From the NCBI RefSeq assembly GCF_006345805.1, contig NC_043000.1, forward strand, positions 131,688,001 to 131,752,000: DNA of 64,000 bases, in the 5' to 3' direction. The position numbers and the translations under genes are program-made. This DNA is from Octopus sinensis (lineage: Eukaryota). The notes under the pieces were generated by a model that made no database searches, was not told where the DNA came from, and saw only the letters and a list, made by a program, of their open reading frames with translations. Positions 11,632 through 23,779 of the stretch are shown here, piece by piece; the stretch's first letter is position 1; each line of letters begins with the position of its first letter.

Positions 11632-12051
11632 ATTATAAATTAGGGTATCTACGAGATACCACCATGCTGAAAATACCAGCCATGATCTGACTCTAAAACC
11701 ACCTTAATTGTCCATATTACAAACACGGAGAGAAAACAAAGAGACAAGATGAGACTAGTAAAAAAATTACTGGATAATTCTAGATCCCGGATTTCTGACT
11801 TTGCATTTAGGAATGCTTATATATATGTATGTGTGTGCGTATATGTTTGTGTGTCTGTGTTTGTTCCCCCAACATCGCTTGACAACTGATGCTGGTGTGT
11901 TTACGTCCCTGTAACTTAGCGGTTCGGCAAATATAGAATAAGTACTAGGCTTACAAAGAATAAGTCCTGGGGTCGATTTACTCGACTAAAGGCGGTGCTC
12001 CAGCATGGCCACAGTCAAGTGACTGAAACAAGTAAAAAAGTAAAAGAGTAA
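11433..12051 (+). mobile_element. SINE family B, interrupted at about 11630-11815
   Basis: Same head and tail as the other B copies. Confidence 0.85.
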
Positions 12052-12106
12052 AATAGTATGACTATAGAATAGCACTTCGTATTTTTCAAATTCTTAATTT
12101 TATCAT

Positions 12107-12905
12107 AAAGGCGGCGAACTAGCAGAATCGTTACCCCCACCGGACAAAATGCTTAGCGGTATTTCGCTCGTCTAAGGCGGCGAGCTGGCAGAAACGTTAG
12201 CACACCGATCGATTGCTTAGGGGTATTTCGTCCGCCGCTGCGTTGTGAGTTCAAATTCCGCCGAGGTCGACTCTGCCTTTCATCCTTTCAGGATCGATTA
12301 AATAAGTACCAGTTACGCACTGGGGTCGATGTAATCGACTTAATCCGTTTGTCTGTCCTTGTTTGTCCTCTCTGTGTTTAGCCCCTTGTGGGTAATAAAG
12401 AAATAGGTATTTTGTCCGCCGTTACGTTCTGAATTCAAATTTCACCGAGGTCGACTTTGCCTTTCATCCTTTCGGGGTCGATAAATTAAGTACCAGTTAC
12501 GCACTGGGGCCGATGTAATCGACTTAATCCGTTTATCTGTCCTTGTTTGTCCTCTCTGTGTTTAGCCCCTTGTGGGTAGTAAAGAAATAGGTATTTCGTC
12601 TACCGCTACATTCTGAGTTCAAATTCCGCCGAGATCGACTTTGCCTTTCATCTTTTCGGGGTATCAGTTACGCACTGGGTCGATATAATCGACCTAATCC
12701 GTTTGTCTGTCCTTGATTGTCTTCTCTGTGTTTAACCCCTTGTGGGTAGTAAAGAAATAGGTATTTCGCTCGTCTTTATGTTCTGAGTTCAAATTTCGCT
12801 GACATCGACTTTGTCTTTCATCTTCTTGAGACCGACAACCTAAGTACCAGCTGAGCATTTGGATCGATGTAATCGATGTACCCCTTCCTCCGAAATTGCT
12901 GGCCC
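12107..12905 (+). mobile_element. SINE-A trimer (12174-12759) inserted into an older SINE-A2 copy
   Basis: 16-bp TSD ggtatttcgctcgtct at 12158-12173 and 12760-12775. Confidence 0.9.
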
Positions 12906-12977
12906 TCAGAACGCTTTTGATTAAGGATCTGTTTGATTATGACGAACTAATTACTAAACAATATCAAAAACATTACA

Positions 12978-13372
12978 TCATCATCATCATCATTGTTCGA
13001 CCGTGGTCGAGACAATGGAATTTACCATGCTACGCCAGACTTCACGGTCCATCATGGCAATACGGAGGTCCTGTTGCTGGATGCCTGTATCCCTGGAGAT
13101 TACATCAGGGTAGGAGAGTGTGCGCCCTCTGGTATTGCGAGTAGATGGCTTCCAGAGGAGAAGAGTATAAATTACTTCTTTTTCAGCTCTACAACAATGT
13201 CCAGCAAACTGGACTCTCCTACCTTTCACAAGAGATGACACAGGTGGTAGTTTCCCATATATTTGCATTTTGGTTGGATGGCGCTTCCACGAGAGATTTT
13301 GAGCTCTCATAAGGAGGCGAGTGTAGGTTCCATCCAACCGCCTCAACATTACATCAAGCTCAAAATTTGATT
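12978..13372 (-). mobile_element. RTE-group LINE 3' fragment with (GAT)n tail
   Basis: RRLDGTYTRLLMRAQNLSW..RRVQFAGHC..DREVWR; (CAT)n tail. Confidence 0.85.
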
Positions 13373-13385
13373 TTACCAAATCTAC

Positions 13386-13437
13386 CTATGTAATGAAATA
13401 GCTGGAAGATAAGAACTAAGAGGATCATCATGGAAAT
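13386..13437 (-). pseudogene. Candidate gene 2 exon ISMMILLVLIFQLFHYI
   Basis: ctttttag acceptor, G|gtagat donor; phase 0 to 1. Confidence 0.3.
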
Positions 13438-13720
13438 CTAAAAAGATCCATTGAAATACTATTTTGCCATCATTAATTTGGATATTTGCTTTTATGATAA
13501 AAATAAGCAAAAAAGAAAGGAGGAATGTACAGTCATTTAAGTTGGCCACTTTTCCTTCTGATTGCTTGTTTGAAAAATAATTTTCATTAATTACCAATGA
13601 AATTATAATTTATCAAGTGTCATAAATAGTGCACATAACCCGAAACCTTTTCTCTGTTTTCCTTCTCCTGTTGCCTCCTCTTCTCTCTCACTCTCCTACG
13701 TGTTCTTTCTATCTTTCACT

Positions 13721-13820
<100 letters not shown>

Positions 13821-13826
13821 GTCGAT

Positions 13827-13876
<50 letters not shown>

Positions 13877-14956
13877 CTCAAGCAACTCTGCCGTCCTGGG
13901 TCGACCTTAAGTGACTTCAACACAACCAAAGCATTCTATAGGGGTTTAGTGGAGGGGAGGTACGACGACGAGCTCGGGGCGAACCTGGACGTCGACGAGG
14001 AGTACCTGACCCGCCTGTTCGGGACGACTTTCGGGCCAGGGCCCATGGACAACTTCCAGAGATCCCTGGCCTGGCAGTGCTACCGAGAAGCGCTACCCGT
14101 TCGGGATAAGCTCTACAGACACGGCTCGAGAAACACGGGGCCGACCTGCCCGAGATGCGGTCAGAGCGACGACGAAACCGTTCTGCACGCACTCGTTCAG
14201 TGTCCAACAATTTCCGACCTGTGGGCTTATGTCGAACAACTGCTGTCACGTGTGGGACGAGTCGGTTTATCAGCTGAGTCTATCGTCAATATTGTCACGC
14301 CTCCTTCCTTCAAACGGGAAGGAAGAGCTATTTTCATCATCCTTGTGGCTATGGCGAAAGAATGTATCTGGTGGACGCGTCTGAAAGGATTGGAGACAAA
14401 CACTTTCCTCTCTGGTCAATCTCTCATCAACTTCTTCAAGTACCACTTGAAAAGGAAAGTGAGAGTAGAGAGGCAAGTTTTGTCTAGCGAATGTTTTAAA
14501 AAAAGATGGGTGAATGTAGCAAGAATGGCACGTATGAATGACGAAGCCACCTTGAGCATAGTCCTATGAACCCAGAAATCGAAAACAGAGAGTTGCTTAT
14601 TTGCAAAAAAAAAAAAAAAAAAAAAAAAAAGAAATATAAAATGTGACTTCATTGACCGAGGTTACCGTGGTCTTTTCCGTAGGCTTTTCTTTCCACGGGT
14701 AAACCTCACCTGTCCTCCCCTTTACACTTCATATTGACATTTCTGTGATAACGATCCCTATTGATCAATTTTTTTTCCTCTCCCCCCCCCTTTTTTTTTT
14801 AAACCCCCCTTTTTTGTCCTCTTTCTCTCCTTTTACGATCCCTTTTGATCGAAACTCCCCCTTCCCGTTTTTTTTTTTTTTAAACCTTCAAAAGAAAAGC
14901 TCTACCTTGTAATTTGTTCTATCTGTGTGCAGCCCTGTGTGGCTAATAAAGAAACA
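13877..14956 (+). mobile_element. Tx1/L1-clade LINE, 5'-truncated copy 1 (C-terminal zinc-finger region plus 3' UTR), in (ATCT)n
   Basis: Open frame to 14569 with WQCYREALPVRDKL..CPRC-X9-H-X4-C; (ATCT)n at 13760-13876 and 14957-15070. Confidence 0.88.
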
Positions 14957-14997
14957 TATCTATCTATCGATCTATCTATCTATCTATCTATATCTAC

Positions 14998-15070
<73 letters not shown>

Positions 15071-15507
15071 AATTTCTACCTCTCTCTCCTACACTTTCCC
15101 CTGTTATCTCAATCTCTCTTCTGTCTTTTCTCTGCCTCTCCATATTTTTTACTTCTTTTCTAAAATCTTAATCTAATTTTCTCACTTTTTCATAATTCTC
15201 AATCTCTTCGTCTTATCCACACACACAACACACACACACACACACACACACCACACACACGTACACACATATACACATATTACACTCTGTATGTATCTGT
15301 TTACCTCTATTTCTCTTTTTTTCTCTCTCTCTCTCTCTTTCTCTTTCTCTCTCTCCCTCTTATATGTATGTATATATTTACTCGGTAAAGCGAGTGTATG
15401 TAGCAAACCATTAAATTTTGATTAATTAAAAATAGAGTACAATGCGGAGTGAATCGGATCTTTTTCAATGAAGTGACAACTCGAGACATGTTTCATTCTT
15501 AATAGAC

Positions 15508-15596
15508 CTCTTCATTGAAGCACGGTCTAATCGCTCCTGCAGATCTTAGAGGCACGTTTTCAGTGACATTATAATTTAAACAAATGACAGTTACTA
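15508..15596 (-). pseudogene. Candidate gene 2 exon VTVICLNYNVTENVPLRSAGAIRPCFNEE
   Basis: Strong pyrimidine-rich CAGTAG acceptor, weak AG|gtctat donor; phase 1 to 0. Confidence 0.35.
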
Positions 15597-15652
15597 CTGA
15601 ATCAAGAAAGAAATATTAGAGAAAATGCCAATCAAACAAATTTTTTTAGAAA

Positions 15653-16096
<444 letters not shown>

Positions 16097-16879
16097 AGTT
16101 TCTTTATTGGCCACACAGGGCTGCACACAGATGGGACAAGTTACAAGGTAGAGCTTTTCTTTTGGGGGATGAAGAGAACAAAAAACAAAAGAAAAAAAAA
16201 GGGGGGTGGCGTAGGTTTTCGATCAAGAGGGATCGGAAAAGGGAAGAAAAGAACAAAAACAAAAAAAAAATGAATAAAATAAAAAGAATAAAAAGAAAAA
16301 AAAGAAAAGGAAAAGGAACAAAAGGAAAAAGAAATGAAAAAAGAAGAAAAAAGGGGAAAAAAGGGGAAGAGGAAAAAAAAAGAACGATCAATAGGGATCG
16401 TGTATCACAGTGTTATGATATATGGTGTAAAGGGGAAAGCAAGTAAGGTTTATCCGTGGGAAGAAAAGCCTACGAAAAAGACCACGGTAACCTTGGTCAA
16501 TATTGTTATATGTTACCACATTTGTTTGCAAGTGGGTAACCTCTGTTTTCAATTTCTGGGTTCATAGGATTATGCTCAAGGTGGCTTCGTCATTCATACG
16601 TGCCATCCTTGCTACATTCACCCATCTTTTTTTAAAACATTCGCTAGACAAAACTTGCCTCTCTACTCTCACTTTCCTTTTCAAGTGGTACTTGAAGAAG
16701 TTGATGAGAGATTGACCAAAGAGGAAAGTGTTTGTCTCCAATCCTTTCAGACGCGTCCACCAGATACATTCTTTCGCCATAGCCACAAGGATGATGAAAA
16801 TAGCTCTTCCTTCCCGTTTGAAGGAAGGAGGCGTGACAATATTGACGATAGACTCAGCTGATAAACCGACTCGTCCTAC

Positions 16880-16880
<1 letters not shown>
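16097..16880 (-). mobile_element. Tx1-like LINE copy 2, in (ATCT)n
   Basis: Coding part differs from copy 1 at only a few positions; (AGAT)n on both sides. Confidence 0.9.
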
Positions 16881-16954
<74 letters not shown>

Positions 16955-17288
16955 TGTTTCTTTATTAGCCACACAGGGCTGCACACAGACAGGACAAATT
17001 ACAAGGTAGAGCTTTTCTTTTTGGGGATAAAAAAGGGGGTTTGGTTTTCGATCAAAAGGGATCGTAAAAGGAAAGAAAGAGGAAAGCAAAAAAAAAGGGG
17101 AGGATAAAAATAAAAGAAAAAAGAAAAAATCGATCAATAGGGATCGTTATCACAGAAATGTCAATATAAAGTGTAAAGGGTAAGACAGGTGAGGTTTACC
17201 CGTGGAAAGAAAAGCCTACGGAAAAGACCACGGTAACCTCGGTCAATGAAGTCACATGTTATATTTTTTTTACAAATAAGCAACTCTC
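16955..17288 (-). mobile_element. Tx1-like LINE copy 3 (3' UTR only), in (ATCT)n
   Basis: Matches the copy 1 3' UTR; (AGAT)n at 16881-16954 and 17289-17360. Confidence 0.9.
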
Positions 17289-17296
17289 AGATAGAT

Positions 17297-17361
<65 letters not shown>

Positions 17362-18165
17362 GTGTGTGCGTGTGGTGGTCAAATGCAAATGATGTTATAA
17401 ATTAATAGCATATAAAATATCGGGTAAAAAATACCCTCTAAATGGAAATAAATGGACAGATTTACCTGCGTAAATTGAACCACGTGTTTACTGAAGATTG
17501 GACGGACGGGTGTGTTAACCACTCCGCTTACGAGAAACTAACAACTTTGAACTGTCGGATTAGAAGTTTACACACGCGCGCATGCATTATAATACTCCGT
17601 GTATGTAAAGAAAATTGCTTCGGCTGCTGCTACTGGTATTGCAACTGGTATTGTTACTACTATCGTTGGTGTTGTTTGCGCAGGTAATCTGCCCGAACAG
17701 AAGATGAAATGGCTTACTAATCTTGAAATGGTGAATATATCAATCCATCACAAGCCTATAACTGACCAGAATCCCACGTGGGAGCTCGTACACTGCACCT
17801 CATCCCGAAAATACATCGGGTAATGTAATTCTGGGTTTAATGTAACTTAGAAAAATACGGGGCGGGTACAACTAGAATGCATTCATTCATGGGTAAACTC
17901 GATTAGGATTGGTATGGAGCCAAGCAGTGACAGATCTGTGAGATGATCAAAACTGGATGGCAAGGGCTATGATTGTTCTTCCAACACCAAAAAATATTTC
18001 AGCTCTGCTTAGTTAGATAAGACTGCAAAGCAAAAATACGACTGACATTATAATACTTGTATAGCTGAGACTTCACTTCATATTTATGAAGAGAGTAAAA
18101 ATAGCGTCATCTGCATCCACCACTCAGTTGACTGACAAAGTCTATTTTTCCACAACACTACTTTT

Positions 18166-19650
18166 GAGCTGGCAGAATCGTTAGCTCAGCGGTATTTCGT
18201 CTGCCGTTACGTTCTGAGTTCAAATTCCGCCGAGGTTGACTTTGCCTTTCATCCTATCGGAGTCGATTAAATAAGTACCAGTTATGCACTGGGGTCGATA
18301 TAATCGACTTAATCCGTTTGCCTGTCCTTGTTTGTCCTCTCTGTGTTTAGCCCCTTGTGGGTAGTAAAGAAATAGGTATTTCGTCTGCCGCTACGTTCTG
18401 AGTTCAAATTCCGCCGAGGTCGACTTTGCTTTTCATCCTTTCGGGGTCGATAAATAAGTACCAGTTACGCACTGGGATCGATATAATCGACTTAATCCGG
18501 TTGCCTGTCCTTTGTTTGTCCTCTCTGTGTTTAGCCCCTTTTAGGTAGTAAAGAAATAGCTATTCGTCTGCTGCTACATTCTGAGTTTCAAATTCCGCCG
18601 AGGGTCGACTTTGCCTTTTATTCCTTTCGGGATCGATTCAATAGTACCAGTTACGCACTGGGAGTCGATATAATCGACTTATCCGTTTGCCTGTCCTTGT
18701 TTGTCCTCTCTGTTTTAGTCCCTTGTGGGTAGTAAAGAAATAGGTATTTCGTCTGCCTGCTACGTTCTGAGTTCAAATTCCGCCAAGGTCGACTTTGCCT
18801 TTCATCCTATCGGGGTCGATAAATAAGTACCAGTTACCCTGGGGTCGTGGGTCGATTAATCGACTTAATCCCTTTGTCTGTCCTTGTTTGTCCTCTCTGT
18901 GTATAGCCCCTTGTGGGTAGTAAAGATAGGTATTTTTCGGTCTGCCGCTACGTTCTGAGTTCAAATTCCGCGAGTCGACTTTGCTTTTCATCCTTTCGGG
19001 GTCGATTAAATAAGTACCAGTTACGCACTGAGGTCGATATAATCGACTTAATCCGTTTGTCTGTCCTTGTTTGTCCTCTCTGTGTTTAGCCCCTTGTGGG
19101 TAGTAAAGAAATAGCAATTTCGTCTACTGCTACGTTCTGAGTTCAAATTTCGCCAAGGTCGACTTTGCCTTTTATCCTTTCGGGGTCGATTAAATAAGTA
19201 CCAGTTACGCACTGGAGTCGATATAATCGACTTAATCCGTTTGCCTGTCCTTATTTGTCCTCTCTGTGTTTAGCCCCTTGTGGGTAGTAAAGAAATAGGT
19301 ATTTCGTCTGCCGTTACGTTCTGAGTTCAAATTCCGCCAAGGTCGACTTTGCCTTTCATCCTATCGGGGTCGATTAAATAAGTACCAGTTACGCACTGGG
19401 ATCGATATAACCGACTTAATCCCTTTGTCTGTCCTTGTTTGTCCTCTCTGTGTATAGCCCCTTGTGGGTAGTAAAGAAATAGGCATTTCGGCTGCCGCTA
19501 CGTTCTGAGTTCAAATTCCGCCGAGGTCGACGTTGCTTTTCATCCTTTCGGGGTCGATTAAATAAGTACCAGTTACGCACTGGGGTCGATGTAATCGACT
19601 TAATCCCTTTGTCTGTCCTTGTTTGTCCCCTTGTGGGTAGTAAAGAAATA
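18166..19650 (+). repeat. Tandem array of 8 SINE-A units (~184 bp) flanked by a ~117-bp direct duplication
   Basis: Unit starts at 18375, 18559, 18743, 18929, 19114, 19298 and 19482; flanks 18049-18165 and 19651-19766. Confidence 0.95.
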
Positions 19651-19934
19651 TATAATACTTGTATAGCTGAGACTTACTTCATATATATGAAGAGAGAAAA
19701 AAATAGGATGGTGAGCATCCACCACCCAGTTGCTGACAAAGTCTATTTTTCCACAACACTACTTTTAGCCTTCGGTGTTCCTTTCCTCTACTTCTTCTCT
19801 GGATACTTTTATAGCTTAAGCTGTATACTAACCTCTTCCAACTTCATCCAATGTACCCGTCTTTCCTCCTAATTCTTTTGGCTTATCTTCTTCCACCCTA
19901 CGCGAATCACTTTCTCCAATCCTTCAAAGTAAGT

Positions 19935-20885
19935 GTTGCTGGTGGTGCTAGTGGTGTTAGTGCTGCTAATGGTGGTGGTGGTGGTGTTGGTGGTGCTAAT
20001 GGTGCTAATGGTGCTCGTGGTGTTGGTGCTGCTAATGGTGTTGGTAGTGCTTGTGGTGTTGGTGCTCCTAGTGGGGCTGTTGGTGCTAGTGGTGCTTGTG
20101 GGGATGGGGGTGCTAGTGGTTATGGTGGTGGTGGTGGGAGTCTTGGTGGTGCTAGTGGTGCTGGTGGTGCTAGTGTTGTTGGTGGTGTTGGTGGTGCTAG
20201 TTGTGTTTGTGGTGCTGTTGGGGCTAGTGGTGCTTGTGGTGTTGTCGGGGCTAGTGGTGCTGGTGGTGCCAGTGGTAGTGGTAGTGGTGGTGCTGGTGGT
20301 GCGAGTGGCGCTTGTGGTGCTAGTGGTGTTGGTGGTGTTGAGGCCACAATCTCATCCACTGACTCCCACAAATCCACAAGCACCACCAGTACCACTAGCA
20401 CAACCAACACAAGCTGGTGGTGCTACTAGTGCTTATGGAGTTGGTGGTGCTAGTTGTGTTAAGGTGCTAGTGGAGTTGGTGCTACTGGTGCTTGTGATGC
20501 TATTGTTGTTGTTGGTGGTGGTGGTGCTAGTGGTGCTGGTGGTGTTGGTGATGCTAGTGGTGCTGGTGGTGCTGGTGGTGCTGGTGGTGTTGGTGGTGCT
20601 GGTGGTGCTATTGGTGGTGGTGCTACTGGTGCTTGTGGTGCTATTGGTGGTGGTGGTGGTGGTGGTGCTAGTGGTGTTTGTGGCGTTGTTGGTGCTAGTT
20701 GTGATGGTGGTGTTGTTGTTGGTGGTGGTGGTGGTATTGGTGCTAGTGGTGCTAATGGTGCTTGTGGTGTTGACGGTGCTGGTCGCGCTGTTGTTGTTAG
20801 TGGTGCTGGTGGTTTTGGTGGTGCTAGTTGTGCTGATGGTGCCTTGGTGTTGGTAATGTTGTTGTGCTCGTGGTGTTGGTAATGT
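19935..20885. repeat. Degenerate triplet repeat (GGT/GCT/AGT on +; Thr/Ser/Asn codons on -) with an internal inversion
   Basis: Strict 3-nt register; inverted block at about 20343-20414. Confidence 0.9.
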
Positions 20886-21613
20886 TGCTGACTTCACCAA
20901 TCTGTAAGAACCTGAAATGATCATGGGTACTAACACTTTCTTCTGGCTAAATTTTTTTAATAGAAGACTGAACAACAAACAGAAGGTATTTAAATTAACA
21001 CATTAAAAAAAATTACATGACAAATACCTGAGAAACAGTGCCAGCTATTGCTGGTATTAATATATACTTAATAAATTGAACAAAAATCGATATCTCGCTC
21101 CCGGGGATTTATTATTTTAAATGTTATAATTGTCTCGTTTAAAGCATCATACATCTACTTAATAATTATCTCGTCACAATTTCGTAAAGGACGGCGAAGC
21201 CTATAGTTCTCTGAGGAGGATTTCATGAGAGCGAAACATGTCCAAAGTTATCTCCTGTATTTGCCAAAATAGCTTAAATGATCTAAGTTATTAGTGTAAT
21301 TGTTTTTTTTATTTCCTCAGCGTATAAAGGATTCTAATTATATCTTTCATGTTCACCACCTGAAATATGTTAATTCTAACTTAACTTTACATTTCCATAT
21401 TCACTCAGAATTATGATAGAGCATATTGAATACAAATTGTTCTCTACCAATTTTATCTTTAAATTCTTACAAACCATAGCTTAAAACCGATTTTCTTAAA
21501 CATCAGTACTATAACTGATTCTTATTTTATTGTTTGTTTAACTCACTGCAATTAATCTACGTCTTGGTTAATTAAATTGTCATGTTCGTTACATTAAGTG
21601 TATTCACGCTTAC

Positions 21614-21966
21614 TTTACTAAATATTTCAAGCAACAGAATTTGTTCCACAATCATTCCTTTGGTTATTAACATCAGAATTAATTATTTAGAACATAATTC
21701 TCGTCAGTAACAACGAAATTTTAATCAAAATTTCTTCTTTAACTGCATCAAGTATGCTAGCAAGCACTTTACTATTAAATTTTAATGCAGTATGACTGGG
21801 AGCGGTTCCACCTTCCCAGTTATGCTGCATCCTTATAAACTATAACGTTATTTGCTCATTCACAAAAATCCTGTATGCTTGTCATCTAGTATCAGTGATA
21901 ACGGTTAGACAATGCTTCGCTGAGAAGGTCCAATAAGACCGAAATATATCCAGACTTATCACTGTA
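21614..21966 (-). pseudogene. Candidate decayed gene 2 exon (TVISLDIFRSYWTFSAKHCLTVITDTR*QAYRIFVNEQITL*FIRMQHNWEGGTAPSHTALKFNSKVLASILDAVKEE..)
   Basis: ttttaaacag acceptor, gtaagc donor; protein-like frame with several stops and a probable frameshift. Confidence 0.35.
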
Positions 21967-22073
21967 CTGTTTAAAATTCTCCCACTTGAATTTCATATTT
22001 AATCAATTAATTAGACTTTCGGGGTTGTTTCCTATACCTACAATTTTTATAACAATTGCTCAATTAGAAATTA

Positions 22074-22464
22074 ATGAGTGGCTGTGTGGTAAGTAGCTTG
22101 CTTACCACCCATATGGTTCCGGGTTCATTCCCACTGCGTGGCACCTTGGGCAAATGTCTTCTACTATAGCCTTCAATCAAAGCCTTGTGAGTGGATTTGG
22201 TAGACGGAAACTGAAAGAAGCCTGTCGTGTATATGTATATTTATATATGTATGCGTGTGTATATGTTTGTGTGTCTGTGTTTGCCCCCCCCCCCCAACAT
22301 CGCTTGACAGCCGATGCCGGTGTGTTTACGTCCCCGTAACTTAGCGGTTCAGCAAAAGAGACCGATAGAATAGGTACTAGGCCTCCAAAGAATAAGTCCT
22401 GGGGTCGATTTGCTCGACTAAAGGCGGTGCTCCAGCATGGCTGCAGACAAATGACTGAAACAAT
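22074..22464 (+). mobile_element. SINE family B
   Basis: Family head, core and tail. Confidence 0.9.
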
Positions 22465-22583
22465 TTTTTAAAAAAGAGAGGTCATCTCTAAAGTTGAAGT
22501 TTTAATTGATTATTGTTTCTTAGTTTACAATATCAAATATACAAAATGATATGTGACGTTCATGACTTTCACAACGCTATTAC

Positions 22584-22747
22584 TAGCAGTATTCCGTCTG
22601 CCGCTACGTTCTGAGTTCAAATTCCGCCGAGGTCGACTTTGCCTTTCATCCTTTCGGAGTCGTTTAAATAAGTACCAGTTACTTAATCCGTTTGTCTGTC
22701 CTTGTTTGTCCTCTCTGTGTTTAGCCCCTTGTGGGTAGTAAAGAAAT
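22584..22747 (+). mobile_element. 5'-truncated SINE-A with TSD gctattactag
   Basis: TSD on both sides; ends aaagaaata. Confidence 0.85.
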
Positions 22748-23018
22748 AGCTATTACTAGTCGGTAATATAATAGTCACGACTAGCACCAATCTATTTACC
22801 TTTTATCTCTAACTTGTTTCAATTACAAGGCTGAGGCCATACTGTAGCACGGCCTTGAAGGATTTTTAGTCTACTGAATCGACCCCAGTATTTTTTATAG
22901 CTGATACTTATTCCATCGATATATTTTGCCAAACCGCTAGGTTACGAAGACGTAAACACGCCAACACTAGTTGTCAAGCGGTGGTGGGAGACAAACACAG
23001 ACACGAATGCGCACGCAC

Positions 23019-23049
<31 letters not shown>

Positions 23050-23381
23050 TGATGGACTACTTTCAGTATTGTGTCCACCAAATTCAATCACAATGCTTTG
23101 GTCGGCTTGAGTCTATAGTAGAAGGCACTTGCCCAATGTGTCACATAGTGGGATTGAACCTGGAAACATGCGGCTGGGAATCAAGCTTCTTACCACTCAG
23201 CTACGAATGCGCCTCGGTGTTCTTGGTGTTTCTTGTTCTTCCTTATATATTTGATATGCAATCAACAGGTGTCAATACTTGTCAGGAAAAGAAAAGAAGA
23301 ATTAAAGAATGATCGCAAATTTTAAAACAATACCGGCAAAACCAATTGTTTAGAATCGACCAAAAAAGATTTTATCAAAAA

Positions 23382-23766
23382 ACTAGCAGTATCGCCCGGC
23401 ATTGCTTGGGTTTGTTTCAACCCTTTAGAATTGGAATTTTCGAAAAGTAAAAGTTTTGCATTATGTAGCTTGTTATTCTCTTTAAGTGAACATTTTTCTG
23501 GTTGAAATACACCAAAAATGGCGACACAGCAGTCAAAGAATCGTAAAAAATAGTGATTTTCATTGAAAAAAAAAGCACCTTTTTGATGTAAATAATTTTT
23601 GGTCTTAACATGGTCCGATTTGAATTTTATCTTCTACGGAATGAAGAGCAAGCTTTCTATCATACTCTCAATTTTGGTCAACTTGCACTGCAGGGTCTAG
23701 GAGATAGCGTTAGCTGAAGGCTACCAAACCTGCCACACACAGACAACTTCAGCTTTATATATATAG
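23382..23766 (+). mobile_element. Non-autonomous Helitron/Helentron-like element
   Basis: Begins actagcagtatcgcccggc and ends ctttatatatatag; similar termini at 60771-61728. Confidence 0.6.
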
Positions 23767-23779
23767 AGAGAGATTAATG

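Noticed and set aside
16562-17137. 191-aa ORF
   Set aside because: Chance fusion of the copy 3 3' UTR, (ATCT)n and the copy 2 ORF end.
17599-17823. 74-aa ORF with an ATGIATGI repeat
   Set aside because: Low-complexity core, no splice or homology support.
18166-19650. CRISPR-like array, or retrozyme with a hammerhead ribozyme
   Set aside because: No unique spacers; the units are SINE bodies; no CUGANGA..GAAA core found on either strand by eye.
19851-20429. Secreted Gly/Ala-rich silk-like protein with a signal peptide
   Set aside because: The hydrophobic start is not a convincing signal peptide, the frame breaks at the inversion, and codon variation fits the opposite strand better.
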